A stretch of DNA of 63,722 nt, the filler included, from Candidatus Rokuibacteriota bacterium (GTDB lineage: Bacteria > JAUVQV01 > DATDCY01), in assembly GCA_031406795.1 (NCBI GenBank). It is 5 parts of 5 records of this genome, joined end to end, with 100 filler letters (N's around TTAATTAATTAA, not from the genome) between each part and the next. Parts side by side here need not be neighbours in the genome. Positions count along the whole stretch, not along the records: positions 27,594 to 43,381 come from JANOHV010000066.1; 4 more parts are not named here. One strand, given 5' to 3'. The first letter of the stretch is position 1. Each line of letters starts with the position of its first letter. The position numbers and the translations under genes are program-made. The notes beneath the pieces were generated by a model. The model was not told where the DNA came from. It did not search any database and saw only the letters and a list, made by a program, of their open reading frames with translations. This document shows positions 28,765 through 37,074 of the stretch, one piece after another.

Positions 28765-31023
28765 TCAATTCCCTCCGAAGAGCACGGGCGACTTGGCCGT
28801 CGATCGGTAGCGGCCAATCACCTCGCGCACCTCGTCGAGTCCCGCTCGGCCCGCCCCGCCCTTGATAACCGACTGGATCGATGCCTGCCTCGCGACGAAA
28901 TCAATCTCCTCAACGTGCATCGGCCAGCGCTCGACAAGCGTGACGAGTTCATCTTCGCGGATCCCATCGTTCCCCAGGCGCTCCTCCCAGCGACGAATTT
29001 GCACGTGCTCCGGCGGGTGCTCGAGCTTGAAGTGCAGGTTGAATTCGACGGGAAGCGGCTGCGGCTTGAGGGGATGCGTCACCATGCAGAAGAGCCCGGT
29101 GTGCGTGCGCAGTCTGGCTTTCAGGTCGTCGAGTTCAAAGTTCTTTTTGCCGTCGGATTCACCTTCGAGAAAGCGCCCGAGGTCGCCGCTGAAATCCATG
29201 AGCAGGGTCATGGCGTTCGCGCCGAGCGTCCTGGAGAACGCGTACTCCATCGGGGAGAGCTTCCGCTGTGTCAGCGGGTCAATCAGCCGGTCCGCCTCGG
29301 TTGACGACTGGAGCCGAGCGTAGATGAACGAGCGCACCTCGAGGCCGCACTCCCGTGCCAAAGCCTTTGCCGCAAGTTGTCCGGTGCCGAAGAACGGGGT
29401 GCTGATCAGAACGGTGAGGCCGAATCCTTCCCCCTTGAGTTGCTTCCAGGCGCGCGCTGCGCCCTGGAGGCCGTCCCGCTCCCGGTTACGAAGAAATAGA
29501 TCCGCGATGGTTCCTTGCGGTGCCGCGTATCGTTCGCAGATTCTCTCTTCGTCCGACGGCACGGGTTGCTGCAGGTCGACCGCCCGCACGAGTTGCTCCC
29601 GCGTAACACAGATTTTCCCATCCTCCCGCCTTGGCGACCGCGTCATCGCGAGCAGCATGCAGTTCTTGATCAGGCCGCCGGAGAGCTGGTAGCGGTCGGC
29701 GATCTTCGCGAGGTCGAGATCCGGGGCCAGTTCGAGCCTCTCAGGGAGAAGCGACTGCCACATGCGCAGCCGCGTGTCTGCATCCGGGATCGGGAATGCG
29801 ACCTTCATCGCGAAGCGCCGCTCCATCGCCGGGTCCAGGTCGACGGGCTTGTTGGTGGCCATGATGACGACGCATCGTGACTTCTCCAGCTCAATCAGCA
29901 GCGCCCTCCCCAGTCGCGAGTCGTTCGTGAACAGGTCGTCGCACTCGTCGAAGAGCACGATACCGCCCAGGGACTCCGCCTCGCGGAAGACCCTTGCCAG
30001 GACATCCTCCGGGTTGCCCCACTTGTCGAAGACGCTCACGGCGAGAGAGACGATCCGCCGGTCGAAGCGCAAGGCGAGCGCGCGAGCCATCATCGTCTTG
30101 CCGGTCCCCGGCGGCCCGTGGAAGAGCAGCGCCAGCCCGGTGCCGTAGCCGAAGAAGTCGTCCAGCTCGACGAGCCGCCCTGCGGCGCGATCCTCGAGAA
30201 AATTGCCAACGCAGGCGGCAACCTCCTCTTTCAGCCCATCCGGCAGGACGACCTGATCAAGGCTCACGGAACTGCGCTCCCACCGGATGAACCGCATCGA
30301 CGAACGATAGAGGTACCGGTCCCCGAGGATCTGGCGCACGAACCGCTCCTGCAATCTGATCTTCGTCCCCAGCAGATTCGTCGACTCCCCCACCCCGTCG
30401 ATCTGGAGGATCTCCTCCCCGATCAACGGCCTTTCCGTGCTGAAGTGGCGACGCGCCTCGACTTGTTCAAGGAAATCACGGCAGGCGAGCGACAGGATCG
30501 TCCCGATCAGCATGCCGTTGTGCAGGTCGTTCGTGTGCACGCCGACCTGCTCTGGCTCGAGGCGGCACCGCCTGAACGTCTCCATGAACCGCGGCGACGT
30601 GAACTGCATGAGCAGAAGCAGGAGCACCGCGCGCTCGACGGGACCGAGCCGCCGTTGTTGGCAAAATGCCTGAAAGAGCAGGTCGACGCCGTCCCGCTCT
30701 GAAGCCGCTTCCCGCAGGCGGTTCACGGCGGCCGTTTCCTCGAGCAGGACCTGCACACGTGCGACATCATTTCCGGCCGCCAGGAACGGAAAGAGCGCAC
30801 GAAATTCCGGCGACGACTCGTGACCGCCCGCAACCTCCCGCGGCAGATTCCGCAAATACCCGACGGCGAGCATCAGCGTGGCCTCTCGTTCCAGCGCCTC
30901 AAGGTGGTCGAGATTGTCGCGGAATGGTGCGTTTGACTCGCTACCCACCCACTCCAGATGTCCGAGCACGCCTTCGTCCTCGACACCTACTGCAACCCGC
31001 TGTTGCGCTGGCGCGGCGCTCAT
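28765..31023 (-). CDS. Tandem AAA+ ATPase (one intact, one degenerate module)
   Basis: GPPGTGKT, LFDECD, IMATN, AMERRF; second module lacks Walker A Lys; ATGA overlap with clpP stop. Confidence 0.85.
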   Translation of the reverse strand: MSAAPAQQRVAVGVEDEGVLGHLEWVGSESNAPFRDNLDHLEALEREATLMLAVGYLRNLPREVAGGHESSPEFRALFPFLAAGNDVARVQVLLEETAAVNRLREAASERDGVDLLFQAFCQQRRLGPVERAVLLLLLMQFTSPRFMETFRRCRLEPEQVGVHTNDLHNGMLIGTILSLACRDFLEQVEARRHFSTERPLIGEEILQIDGVGESTNLLGTKIRLQERFVRQILGDRYLYRSSMRFIRWERSSVSLDQVVLPDGLKEEVAACVGNFLEDRAAGRLVELDDFFGYGTGLALLFHGPPGTGKTMMARALALRFDRRIVSLAVSVFDKWGNPEDVLARVFREAESLGGIVLFDECDDLFTNDSRLGRALLIELEKSRCVVIMATNKPVDLDPAMERRFAMKVAFPIPDADTRLRMWQSLLPERLELAPDLDLAKIADRYQLSGGLIKNCMLLAMTRSPRREDGKICVTREQLVRAVDLQQPVPSDEERICERYAAPQGTIADLFLRNRERDGLQGAARAWKQLKGEGFGLTVLISTPFFGTGQLAAKALARECGLEVRSFIYARLQSSTEADRLIDPLTQRKLSPMEYAFSRTLGANAMTLLMDFSGDLGRFLEGESDGKKNFELDDLKARLRTHTGLFCMVTHPLKPQPLPVEFNLHFKLEHPPEHVQIRRWEERLGNDGIREDELVTLVERWPMHVEEIDFVARQASIQSVIKGGAGRAGLDEVREVIGRYRSTAKSPVLFGGN

Positions 31024-31598
31024 GCCCCACCCCGCTTCCGCACCGGCTCAACGCGGTCCGCGATGCCATGCTGGATCGCCTCCTCGGGCGTCAGCCAGGT
31101 GTCCACGTCGCGCAGCAGATACTTCTCCAGTTCGGCCTTGTCCTTGATGTTCGAGTACGCCAGGTAGTGCTGCAGGATGCGCTCGTGCTCCATATCCTCC
31201 GCCTTGCGGCCGGCAATCAACTGGCTGTGACTGCCGACGCTGAACGCCGAGAAACGGTGCGACAGGATCGAGGTGCGCGGCGTGATCACCCGACGGCCTT
31301 TCTCGCCGGTCATGAAGACCAGCAGCGCCATCGACGCAATCATTCCGATGCCGGTGGTGTATATCGGGATCCGCGACCACTCCATGATGTCGATGATCGA
31401 AAACCCCGCCGGGCAGGAACCGCCCGGGGAGTTGATCACCATCTGGATCTGGTTGACCTCCGCCTTGATGTTGTACTCGATGATCTCCTTGCAGACACTC
31501 TCCGCCATCCCGCCGTCGATCGCGCCGGAGATGTAGATGATCCCGAAGTCCTTCAGCCCCTGCTCTTTGCCCTTCTCCCGCTTCTCGCTCTCTGCCAT
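31020..31598 (-). CDS. clpP: ClpP-family serine protease paralog
   Basis: INSPGG, IASMA (Ser), SHRF (His), DTWLTPEEAIQHGIAD (Asp). Confidence 0.85.
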   Translation of the reverse strand: MAESEKREKGKEQGLKDFGIIYISGAIDGGMAESVCKEIIEYNIKAEVNQIQMVINSPGGSCPAGFSIIDIMEWSRIPIYTTGIGMIASMALLVFMTGEKGRRVITPRTSILSHRFSAFSVGSHSQLIAGRKAEDMEHERILQHYLAYSNIKDKAELEKYLLRDVDTWLTPEEAIQHGIADRVEPVRKRGGA

Positions 31599-31626
31599 GG
31601 CCCCTCCCTGGGTTGGTGAGTGACGC

Positions 31627-31660
31627 ATCATTCACTGGAGGGGTGACAAAACTGGACAAA
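31627..31660 (-). promoter_or_regulatory. Island promoter motif 1 (clpP-AAA)
   Basis: TGTCCAGTTTTGTCAC-N10-AATGAT. Confidence 0.65.
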
Positions 31661-31705
31661 GAAAGATCACCTGGATCATCGGCGATCCCGGGATCGGAAA
31701 CGGCC

Positions 31706-31800
31706 TTAGTCCTCGGCCCGTGCAAAGAAAGCAGACAGCCTGCGGTTCATTTCTGCCTTCATCTGCCGGATCGTCCCCTCCCTGGTTTGGTTCCTGGCAA
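31706..31800 (-). pseudogene. Deleted relic of the 34768..35370 gene
   Basis: Leader CCAAACCAGGGGAGG fused to GTIRQMKAEMNRRL.. C-terminus. Confidence 0.8.
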
Positions 31801-31801
31801 C

Positions 31802-31835
31802 CAGATACCGCGGAGGTGTGACAGATTTGGACAAA
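31802..31835 (-). promoter_or_regulatory. Island promoter motif 2
   Basis: TGTCCAAATCTGTCAC-N10-TATCTG. Confidence 0.65.
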
Positions 31836-31869
31836 GTTAGGCCATGGTTCGCGGCAAAATTTGCATTCA

Positions 31870-31894
31870 TATTATGACCATAGTATTATGACCA
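31870..31894 (+). promoter_or_regulatory. TA operator, direct repeat
   Basis: TATTATGACCA twice upstream of the antitoxin. Confidence 0.55.
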
Positions 31895-31915
31895 CAGACA
31901 GAACAGGAGGAAGCA

Positions 31916-32146
31916 ATGGTTCAGACGGTATCTAAATCCAAATTCAAGCCCCGTGCGCTGGAGTATTTCCGGAAGATCCAGGAAACCGGCGAGGAACTCG
32001 TCCTTACCGACCATGGCAAGCCGGTGTTGAAGATCACCGCCTTCAAGCCCGACCCCGCCGCATCGCTGAAATCGCTCAGGAACACCGTGGTGAAGTTCAC
32101 AGATCCCCTGCGGCCGACCGGTGAAGACTGGGATGCGTTGAAATGA
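31916..32146 (+). CDS. Phd/YefM-family antitoxin
   Basis: VSKSKFKPRALEYFR..GEELVLTDHGKPV. Confidence 0.85.
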   Translation: MVQTVSKSKFKPRALEYFRKIQETGEELVLTDHGKPVLKITAFKPDPAASLKSLRNTVVKFTDPLRPTGEDWDALK

Positions 32147-32538
32147 TCGTTCTGGATACGCACGTCTGGCTCTGGTGGGTCAGCAACCCGGAGCTTCTCT
32201 CCGCCGCGGCGCGGAAGACGATCGACCACGAGATGGTGGACGGAGAGATCGGTATTTCGTCCATCAGCGCCTGGGAAGTTGCGATCCTGGTGAAGAAGGG
32301 GCGTCTCGACCTCACGATGTCCGCCGGGGATTGGATCGCACGGTCCGAGGCGCTCCCCTTCCTCCGGTTCATCCCCGTGGATAACCGGATCGCCCTCAAG
32401 TCCGCGAACCTCCCCGGCCAGCTGCACGACGACCCCGCCGATCGCATCATCATCGCGACGACGATCACGCTCGGCGGCATTCTGGTCACGAAGGACGATA
32501 AGATCAGGAAATACCCTCACGTGCGTACGACCTGGTAG
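32143..32538 (+). CDS. PIN-domain (VapC) toxin
   Basis: IVLDTHVWLW, SAWEV, HDDPADRIIIATT, LVTKD. Confidence 0.9.
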   Translation: MIVLDTHVWLWWVSNPELLSAAARKTIDHEMVDGEIGISSISAWEVAILVKKGRLDLTMSAGDWIARSEALPFLRFIPVDNRIALKSANLPGQLHDDPADRIIIATTITLGGILVTKDDKIRKYPHVRTTW

Positions 32539-32609
32539 CTGCAGGTAGCTGATACCTGAGTTGGATGATACGTCCAGACACAACCGGCAAGAACAAATGG
32601 TCGTGATAG

Positions 32610-32641
32610 TGTCCGGAATTGTCACGACCTGGAATTACCTT
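32610..32641 (+). promoter_or_regulatory. Island promoter motif 3
   Basis: TGTCCGGAATTGTCAC-N10-TACCTT. Confidence 0.7.
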
Positions 32642-32754
32642 CCTTACCACACGCGGTTGGAATGCAGGGTGCGGCCTGGGGTAGCAGGGGCAATCTTGGC
32701 AACGATGATCTCGGGGCGAGAGCGGATAATCGACTTTTCGGAGGGGCACGGAAG

Positions 32755-33813
32755 ATGCTATACCAACTCGACCTCACCAGCGCAGCCGCAAGCAAAAAGG
32801 TCAAGCTAGAGCAACCTGCAGACTTGGGAATCCTTGAGAAGTATGTCGAGGATTTCTTTGCCACGCACATCCACGAGTTGATTCCCGAGGATCAGCTCAT
32901 GATAATCGCTCAAGAACGCAGCAGACAGGAAGAAGCCGACCTGCTTGCTCTCGACCGTAAAGGCGTGCTTTTCATTTTCGAACTCAAGCGATGGCAATCC
33001 AATCCAGAGAATCTCCTTCAGGTTATGCGATATGGACAGATCTTTGGCCGTTATAGCTATGAGGACCTTCAGGACCTGGCGCAGCGTCATAATAGACTGG
33101 AAGGCAGTTTGGCCAAAAAACACCGGGAGTATTTTGAATTAGACGAAGTTTTGCCGCAAACAGCATTCAATGCTGACCAAGTCTTTGTCGTAGTCACAAA
33201 CGGCGTCGACAAGGATACCTTAGGGGCGATTCAGTATTGGAAGAAGAAGAACGTCCGTATCGACTTCCTCACGTACAAGCTCTATTCCCTGGCTGGGAAA
33301 CCTCATTTGTACTACGACACCTATAACCCTGAGTTTGATGTCATCCAGGAGACAAATCCTGGCGTCTGCGTCGTCAATACGAACGTGAGTTATATGGAAG
33401 ATGCATGGCGGGATATGATGACTGCGCAGAAGGCGGCAGCCTATTACGACCGAAAGTATGCCGTTACCGGCATTCAGAAGGGCTTTACGGTGTATCTTTA
33501 TCACACGGGCGTCGGGGTCATAGCCAAAGGGAAGGCCAAAGGCCCCTATCGCAAAACAGATTTCGATGGCGACAAGGACGCTGAGTATTTCGTCCCGCTT
33601 ACTCTCGATTGGGCACTGAGCGATCCAGATAATTGGAAATACGCCATCACCGCGCGCGAAATCAACAAGAGAATGAATAGCGGTTACCGATTCAGGCAAA
33701 CTGTTTTCGGCATCGCGCCAGAAATGGCTGAAGCTATTGACTCTCTTTGGGAGCAGCACCAGAAGGAACTGGAATCCGCCTCTCACTCGAAGGCCATCCT
33801 CACTGAAATCTAA
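32755..33813 (+). CDS. NucS/Mrr-like PD-(D/E)xK endonuclease with PUA/EVE-like C-terminal domain
   Basis: LEKYVED, ADLLALD..IFELKR, QVMRY; C-terminal IQKGFTVYLYHTGVGVIAKG; AT-richer than flanks. Confidence 0.65.
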   Translation: MLYQLDLTSAAASKKVKLEQPADLGILEKYVEDFFATHIHELIPEDQLMIIAQERSRQEEADLLALDRKGVLFIFELKRWQSNPENLLQVMRYGQIFGRYSYEDLQDLAQRHNRLEGSLAKKHREYFELDEVLPQTAFNADQVFVVVTNGVDKDTLGAIQYWKKKNVRIDFLTYKLYSLAGKPHLYYDTYNPEFDVIQETNPGVCVVNTNVSYMEDAWRDMMTAQKAAAYYDRKYAVTGIQKGFTVYLYHTGVGVIAKGKAKGPYRKTDFDGDKDAEYFVPLTLDWALSDPDNWKYAITAREINKRMNSGYRFRQTVFGIAPEMAEAIDSLWEQHQKELESASHSKAILTEI

Positions 33814-33863
33814 TTGCCCTGCTGATGCGAATCCCAGCAGAGCGGTGCGCTATCGAGGGCAGA

Positions 33864-34107
33864 TCACCAGGTCGTGGAAACGGGGTAGCGCGAGATCTCC
33901 GGATCGGGTATCAGAATGGTGAGACCGTGCGCCGCCGCCTGACAGACCAGCATGCGGCCGAACGGATCCCGGTGGTAGTCCGGCAGCTTCGAGAGCTGAA
34001 GCACCGCCACTCTCCGCCATCCCGCCGTCGATGGCGCCGGAGATGTAGAGGATCCCGAAGTTCTTCAGCCCCTGCTCTTTGCCCTTCTGCTTCTCGCTCT
34101 CTGCCAT
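33864..34107 (-). pseudogene. Chimeric relic: clpP 5' end (34008-34107) fused to PIN toxin 3' end (33864-34007)
   Basis: Near-identical to 31496-31598 and 38082-38226 respectively. Confidence 0.85.
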
Positions 34108-34135
34108 GGCCCCGCCCTGGGTTGTTGTGTGCCTC

Positions 34136-34169
34136 ATCATTCACCCGGGACATGACAGAATCGGACAAA
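34136..34169 (-). promoter_or_regulatory. Island promoter motif 4
   Basis: TGTCCGATTCTGTCAT-N10-AATGAT. Confidence 0.6.
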
Positions 34170-34207
34170 CGAAGATCCCGCAGCCCTTCGTTCCCGTGGC
34201 GGTGACG

Positions 34208-34759
34208 TCAGTCTTCTTCGGGGAATACAAGATACCGCGGCGGGACCATTCGAGTGAGCCAGACACCGTTTTCGGATCTACAGAACATGTGCCCATCCTT
34301 ATTCATGGCCAACGCATCGATGGCAAGAACTACCGGCTTCCCGTGACGCTTGCCGACTTCGACCGCGGTTGATTCCGACGTAGAAAGATGGACGTACTGA
34401 CGAGAACCAGGAATCAGCCCCTTGGATCGAATCGAGCGAACGAAGCGCGTGGCCGTCCCGTGGAACAGAACTGCGGGCGGATCAGCCGGTGGTAGATGCA
34501 GATCCACCTCGATGGAGTGACCCTGATTCGCCCGGATGAAGCTGCCATCACCCTTCAATGCAAATCGCTGCTTTTCGCTCGTGCGTGCCACTTCAGCGAT
34601 GAGTCCCCTTGAAAGTGATCGGCCGTGGGCAGCCGCGAGGCGCACCAAATCATCAATATTCGCCCATCCTTCGTTGTCGAGCTGCAGGCCGATGACATCC
34701 GGGCGGTGCCGCAGAACGTGGCTCAGAAACTTGCTGATCGACTTGAGACGACTTGGCAT
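34208..34759 (-). CDS. kptA: RNA 2'-phosphotransferase (Tpt1/KptA)
   Basis: SKFLSHVLRHRP, KQRF, IRANQGHS, LFHGT, RQYVHLS, SENGVWL. Confidence 0.92.
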   Translation of the reverse strand: MPSRLKSISKFLSHVLRHRPDVIGLQLDNEGWANIDDLVRLAAAHGRSLSRGLIAEVARTSEKQRFALKGDGSFIRANQGHSIEVDLHLPPADPPAVLFHGTATRFVRSIRSKGLIPGSRQYVHLSTSESTAVEVGKRHGKPVVLAIDALAMNKDGHMFCRSENGVWLTRMVPPRYLVFPEED

Positions 34760-34767
34760 TACTTTGA

Positions 34768-35370
34768 CTATTTCTGCCCTGCCTGGACGAAGTAGGCCGG
34801 CAGTCTGCGGTTCATCTCTGCTTTCATCTGCCGAATCGTCCCCACGATCGCGGTGACCGCTGACGGCTCGCGCATGTCGATCTGCCTGGCGAATTTCCAA
34901 CTCGGCAGCGGAAGGTCCGTGCGGTCGTCGATGATGAAGCACGGCGTGATGTCGCCGGCATCCTTGTAGGCGGCCGCATAGTCCCGCCACATCTCCTCCC
35001 CGACCGAGTTCCGATCGAGAATCTGGATGAAGCACCCGTAAGCAAAGATGTCCGGATCGCCATCCGCACCCAAAATGATCTCGCAGTCGGTCTCCCGGCC
35101 GCACGCCGCCAGGGCTGCAAAGAGACCGCGGTACTTCTCCTCGCCATCGAACTGGCAGAAGATCGTCCGCCGCCACGGCAACTCGGAGATCGGCAGCGGA
35201 ACCCCATTCCCGGATGGGACGGCTGGATGCGCTTCAGCGGGTCCCGCTGCTGCGAGCGTTGCCATCCCGGCGGCCGCCACCGCCAGGTTCTTGATGAACG
35301 TTCGTCTCAGCTCTGTTCCCGATTCATCCCTGCCGCCTTTTCCATCAAGATGTTTCACTCTCACTGTCAT
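34768..35370 (-). CDS. Hypothetical protein with twin-arginine-like signal
   Basis: LRRTFIKNLAVAAAGMATLAAAGPAEA; RBS GGAGGAG. Confidence 0.7.
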   Translation of the reverse strand: MTVRVKHLDGKGGRDESGTELRRTFIKNLAVAAAGMATLAAAGPAEAHPAVPSGNGVPLPISELPWRRTIFCQFDGEEKYRGLFAALAACGRETDCEIILGADGDPDIFAYGCFIQILDRNSVGEEMWRDYAAAYKDAGDITPCFIIDDRTDLPLPSWKFARQIDMREPSAVTAIVGTIRQMKAEMNRRLPAYFVQAGQK

Positions 35371-35399
35371 AGCTCCTCCCTGGTTTGGTGCCTGGCATC

Positions 35400-35433
35400 C
35401 TGATACCGCTGATGTGTGACAGATTCAGACAAA
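35400..35433 (-). promoter_or_regulatory. Island promoter motif 5
   Basis: TGTCTGAATCTGTCAC-N10-TATCAG. Confidence 0.65.
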
Positions 35434-35469
35434 GTGGAGATCACAGCGAAGCCGATGCAGGTTCCCGAT

Positions 35470-35501
35470 TGTCTAAATATGTCACAGGTCGCCGCTACCC
35501 T
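35470..35501 (+). promoter_or_regulatory. Island promoter motif 6 (ftsZ-like)
   Basis: TGTCTAAATATGTCAC-N10-TACCCT. Confidence 0.7.
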
Positions 35502-35529
35502 CCATCGCAACTCCTTGGGAGGGGAAAGC

Positions 35530-36603
35530 ATGGATAACCTTCTGGACCGAAGGAAGTTCCTTCACCGTTCACTAACATATTGTTCGGGGCTGGCTGTTCT
35601 CATGGCCATGCCGTCCTTGGCAGGGGGACGAAAGATCTCTGCCTTTGGAGAAGTTCCAGTCGCAGTCAACGAATTCGAGATTACCGGCGCAGACATACGG
35701 GTCATCGGAGTCGGTTGCGGCGGATGCATTGCCCTGAATTCGATGATCGGCACCGGGATACCTGGGGTGAAGTACATCGCCGTCAACAGAGATGAGCAGG
35801 CGCTCGGTTCTTGCCTGGCAACAAACAAGCTCAATATCGGTTCAATCGCCAACGATGCCACCAACGCCGCTACCCAGCACGAATTCGGGCGTAAGGCAGC
35901 CGAAGCTCACTCCACGGTTATCGCCAAGGCAATACATGGGACTGACCTCCTCTTCATCGTCGCTGGGCTTGGTGGAAGCACCGGGACAGGGGCTGCACCG
36001 GTAATAGCCAAGATCGCCAAGGATCAGGGCATCCTCACCGCAGGCGTCGTGACGACGCCATTTCCTTTCGAAGGCGGTCGCCGGGCGAAGCAAGCGGCAG
36101 ATAGTCTTCGTATACTTGAAGATACCGCGAATTCGACAATCGTTGTGCCCAACACGGATCTTCTCACGATGATTGACCGCAAAGCGACGCTTCTTGATGC
36201 GTTCCGAATGGCGGATGACTCATTGTGCCAGGCGGTTGCCGGCATCTCCACGCTCTACACAATACCTGGTCTTTCCGATCCTGATTTCTACGACGTTCGA
36301 GCGGTGATAAATTTAATGCGGAGCGCCAGAGTGCGCCACGGCGTCGGCCAAGGCGTGAACCGTGCTGTGGCGGCCATGCAGCAGGCCATTAACTCTCCCC
36401 TCCTTGGCGCTGAAACCGTCGAAAGCGCAGCCGGTGTGATCCTCAATATCTCGTGCGGGCCGGATATCGGCCAGAACGAGGCCTTGAACGGAATTAGGCA
36501 CATCCAAGAGTTTGTCAGGGACTTTCTTCCGATTGTGTATGGGTTCAAGATATTTCCCGAACAGGCTGGCACAGTTGTGGCAACCATTATCGCTGGCCGA
36601 TAA
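35530..36603 (+). CDS. ftsZ: Divergent FtsZ paralog with Tat-like leader and no C-terminal tail
   Basis: IRVIGVGCGG, AGLGGSTGTGAAPVIA, TTPFPFEGGRR, DAFRMAD, PGLSDPDFYDV; leader DRRKFLH. Confidence 0.85.
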   Translation: MDNLLDRRKFLHRSLTYCSGLAVLMAMPSLAGGRKISAFGEVPVAVNEFEITGADIRVIGVGCGGCIALNSMIGTGIPGVKYIAVNRDEQALGSCLATNKLNIGSIANDATNAATQHEFGRKAAEAHSTVIAKAIHGTDLLFIVAGLGGSTGTGAAPVIAKIAKDQGILTAGVVTTPFPFEGGRRAKQAADSLRILEDTANSTIVVPNTDLLTMIDRKATLLDAFRMADDSLCQAVAGISTLYTIPGLSDPDFYDVRAVINLMRSARVRHGVGQGVNRAVAAMQQAINSPLLGAETVESAAGVILNISCGPDIGQNEALNGIRHIQEFVRDFLPIVYGFKIFPEQAGTVVATIIAGR

Positions 36604-36694
36604 TGGAGCATCGAGGTGTGGCACGGCAGGAATTTATCCTTTCACCTGAGACCGCTGGGGCGGCCGTCCTCAGCAACGGATGGAGGTGCTTTGC

Positions 36695-36985
36695 GTGGCG
36701 AGGTTCGAAAACCACTGCGCCGAGAGTTCGAGGATGTTCGGCAGCCCTTTTGCCGAAGTCCATCGCTGGCTCGACGAGTTCGCCGGATCGCCCGAACACG
36801 GCATGCGCCACCGCAGGAAGCGCCACCACCTGGCGGGCATCGAGGAAGTGGCAAAGCGCTTCGGTGAAGATGCGCGCGCCGCAGCGAGGCAGCACGTGAT
36901 CACGGATCTGCAGGAAGAGGGTTGGACGGAGCGAGACCGGTTCCCGGTCGACGAGCGCGACTACGTGAAGATGGGGTTCTTTTAG
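36695..36985 (+). CDS. Small His-rich hypothetical protein (DUF6915-like)
   Basis: VHRWLDE..HRRKRHHLAGIEE..QHVITDL; GGAGG before GTG at 36695. Confidence 0.6.
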   Translation: MARFENHCAESSRMFGSPFAEVHRWLDEFAGSPEHGMRHRRKRHHLAGIEEVAKRFGEDARAAARQHVITDLQEEGWTERDRFPVDERDYVKMGFF

Positions 36986-37014
36986 AAACACGGGAAATGA
37001 CGGCCGAGGCCTCG

Positions 37015-37046
37015 TGTCAGGAAATGTCACAGGTCGGCGCTATTCT
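37015..37046 (+). promoter_or_regulatory. Island promoter motif 7 (dnaA-like)
   Basis: TGTCAGGAAATGTCAC-N10-TATTCT. Confidence 0.7.
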
Positions 37047-37074
37047 TGTCGCTCCAATTAGGGAGGGTTAGAGC

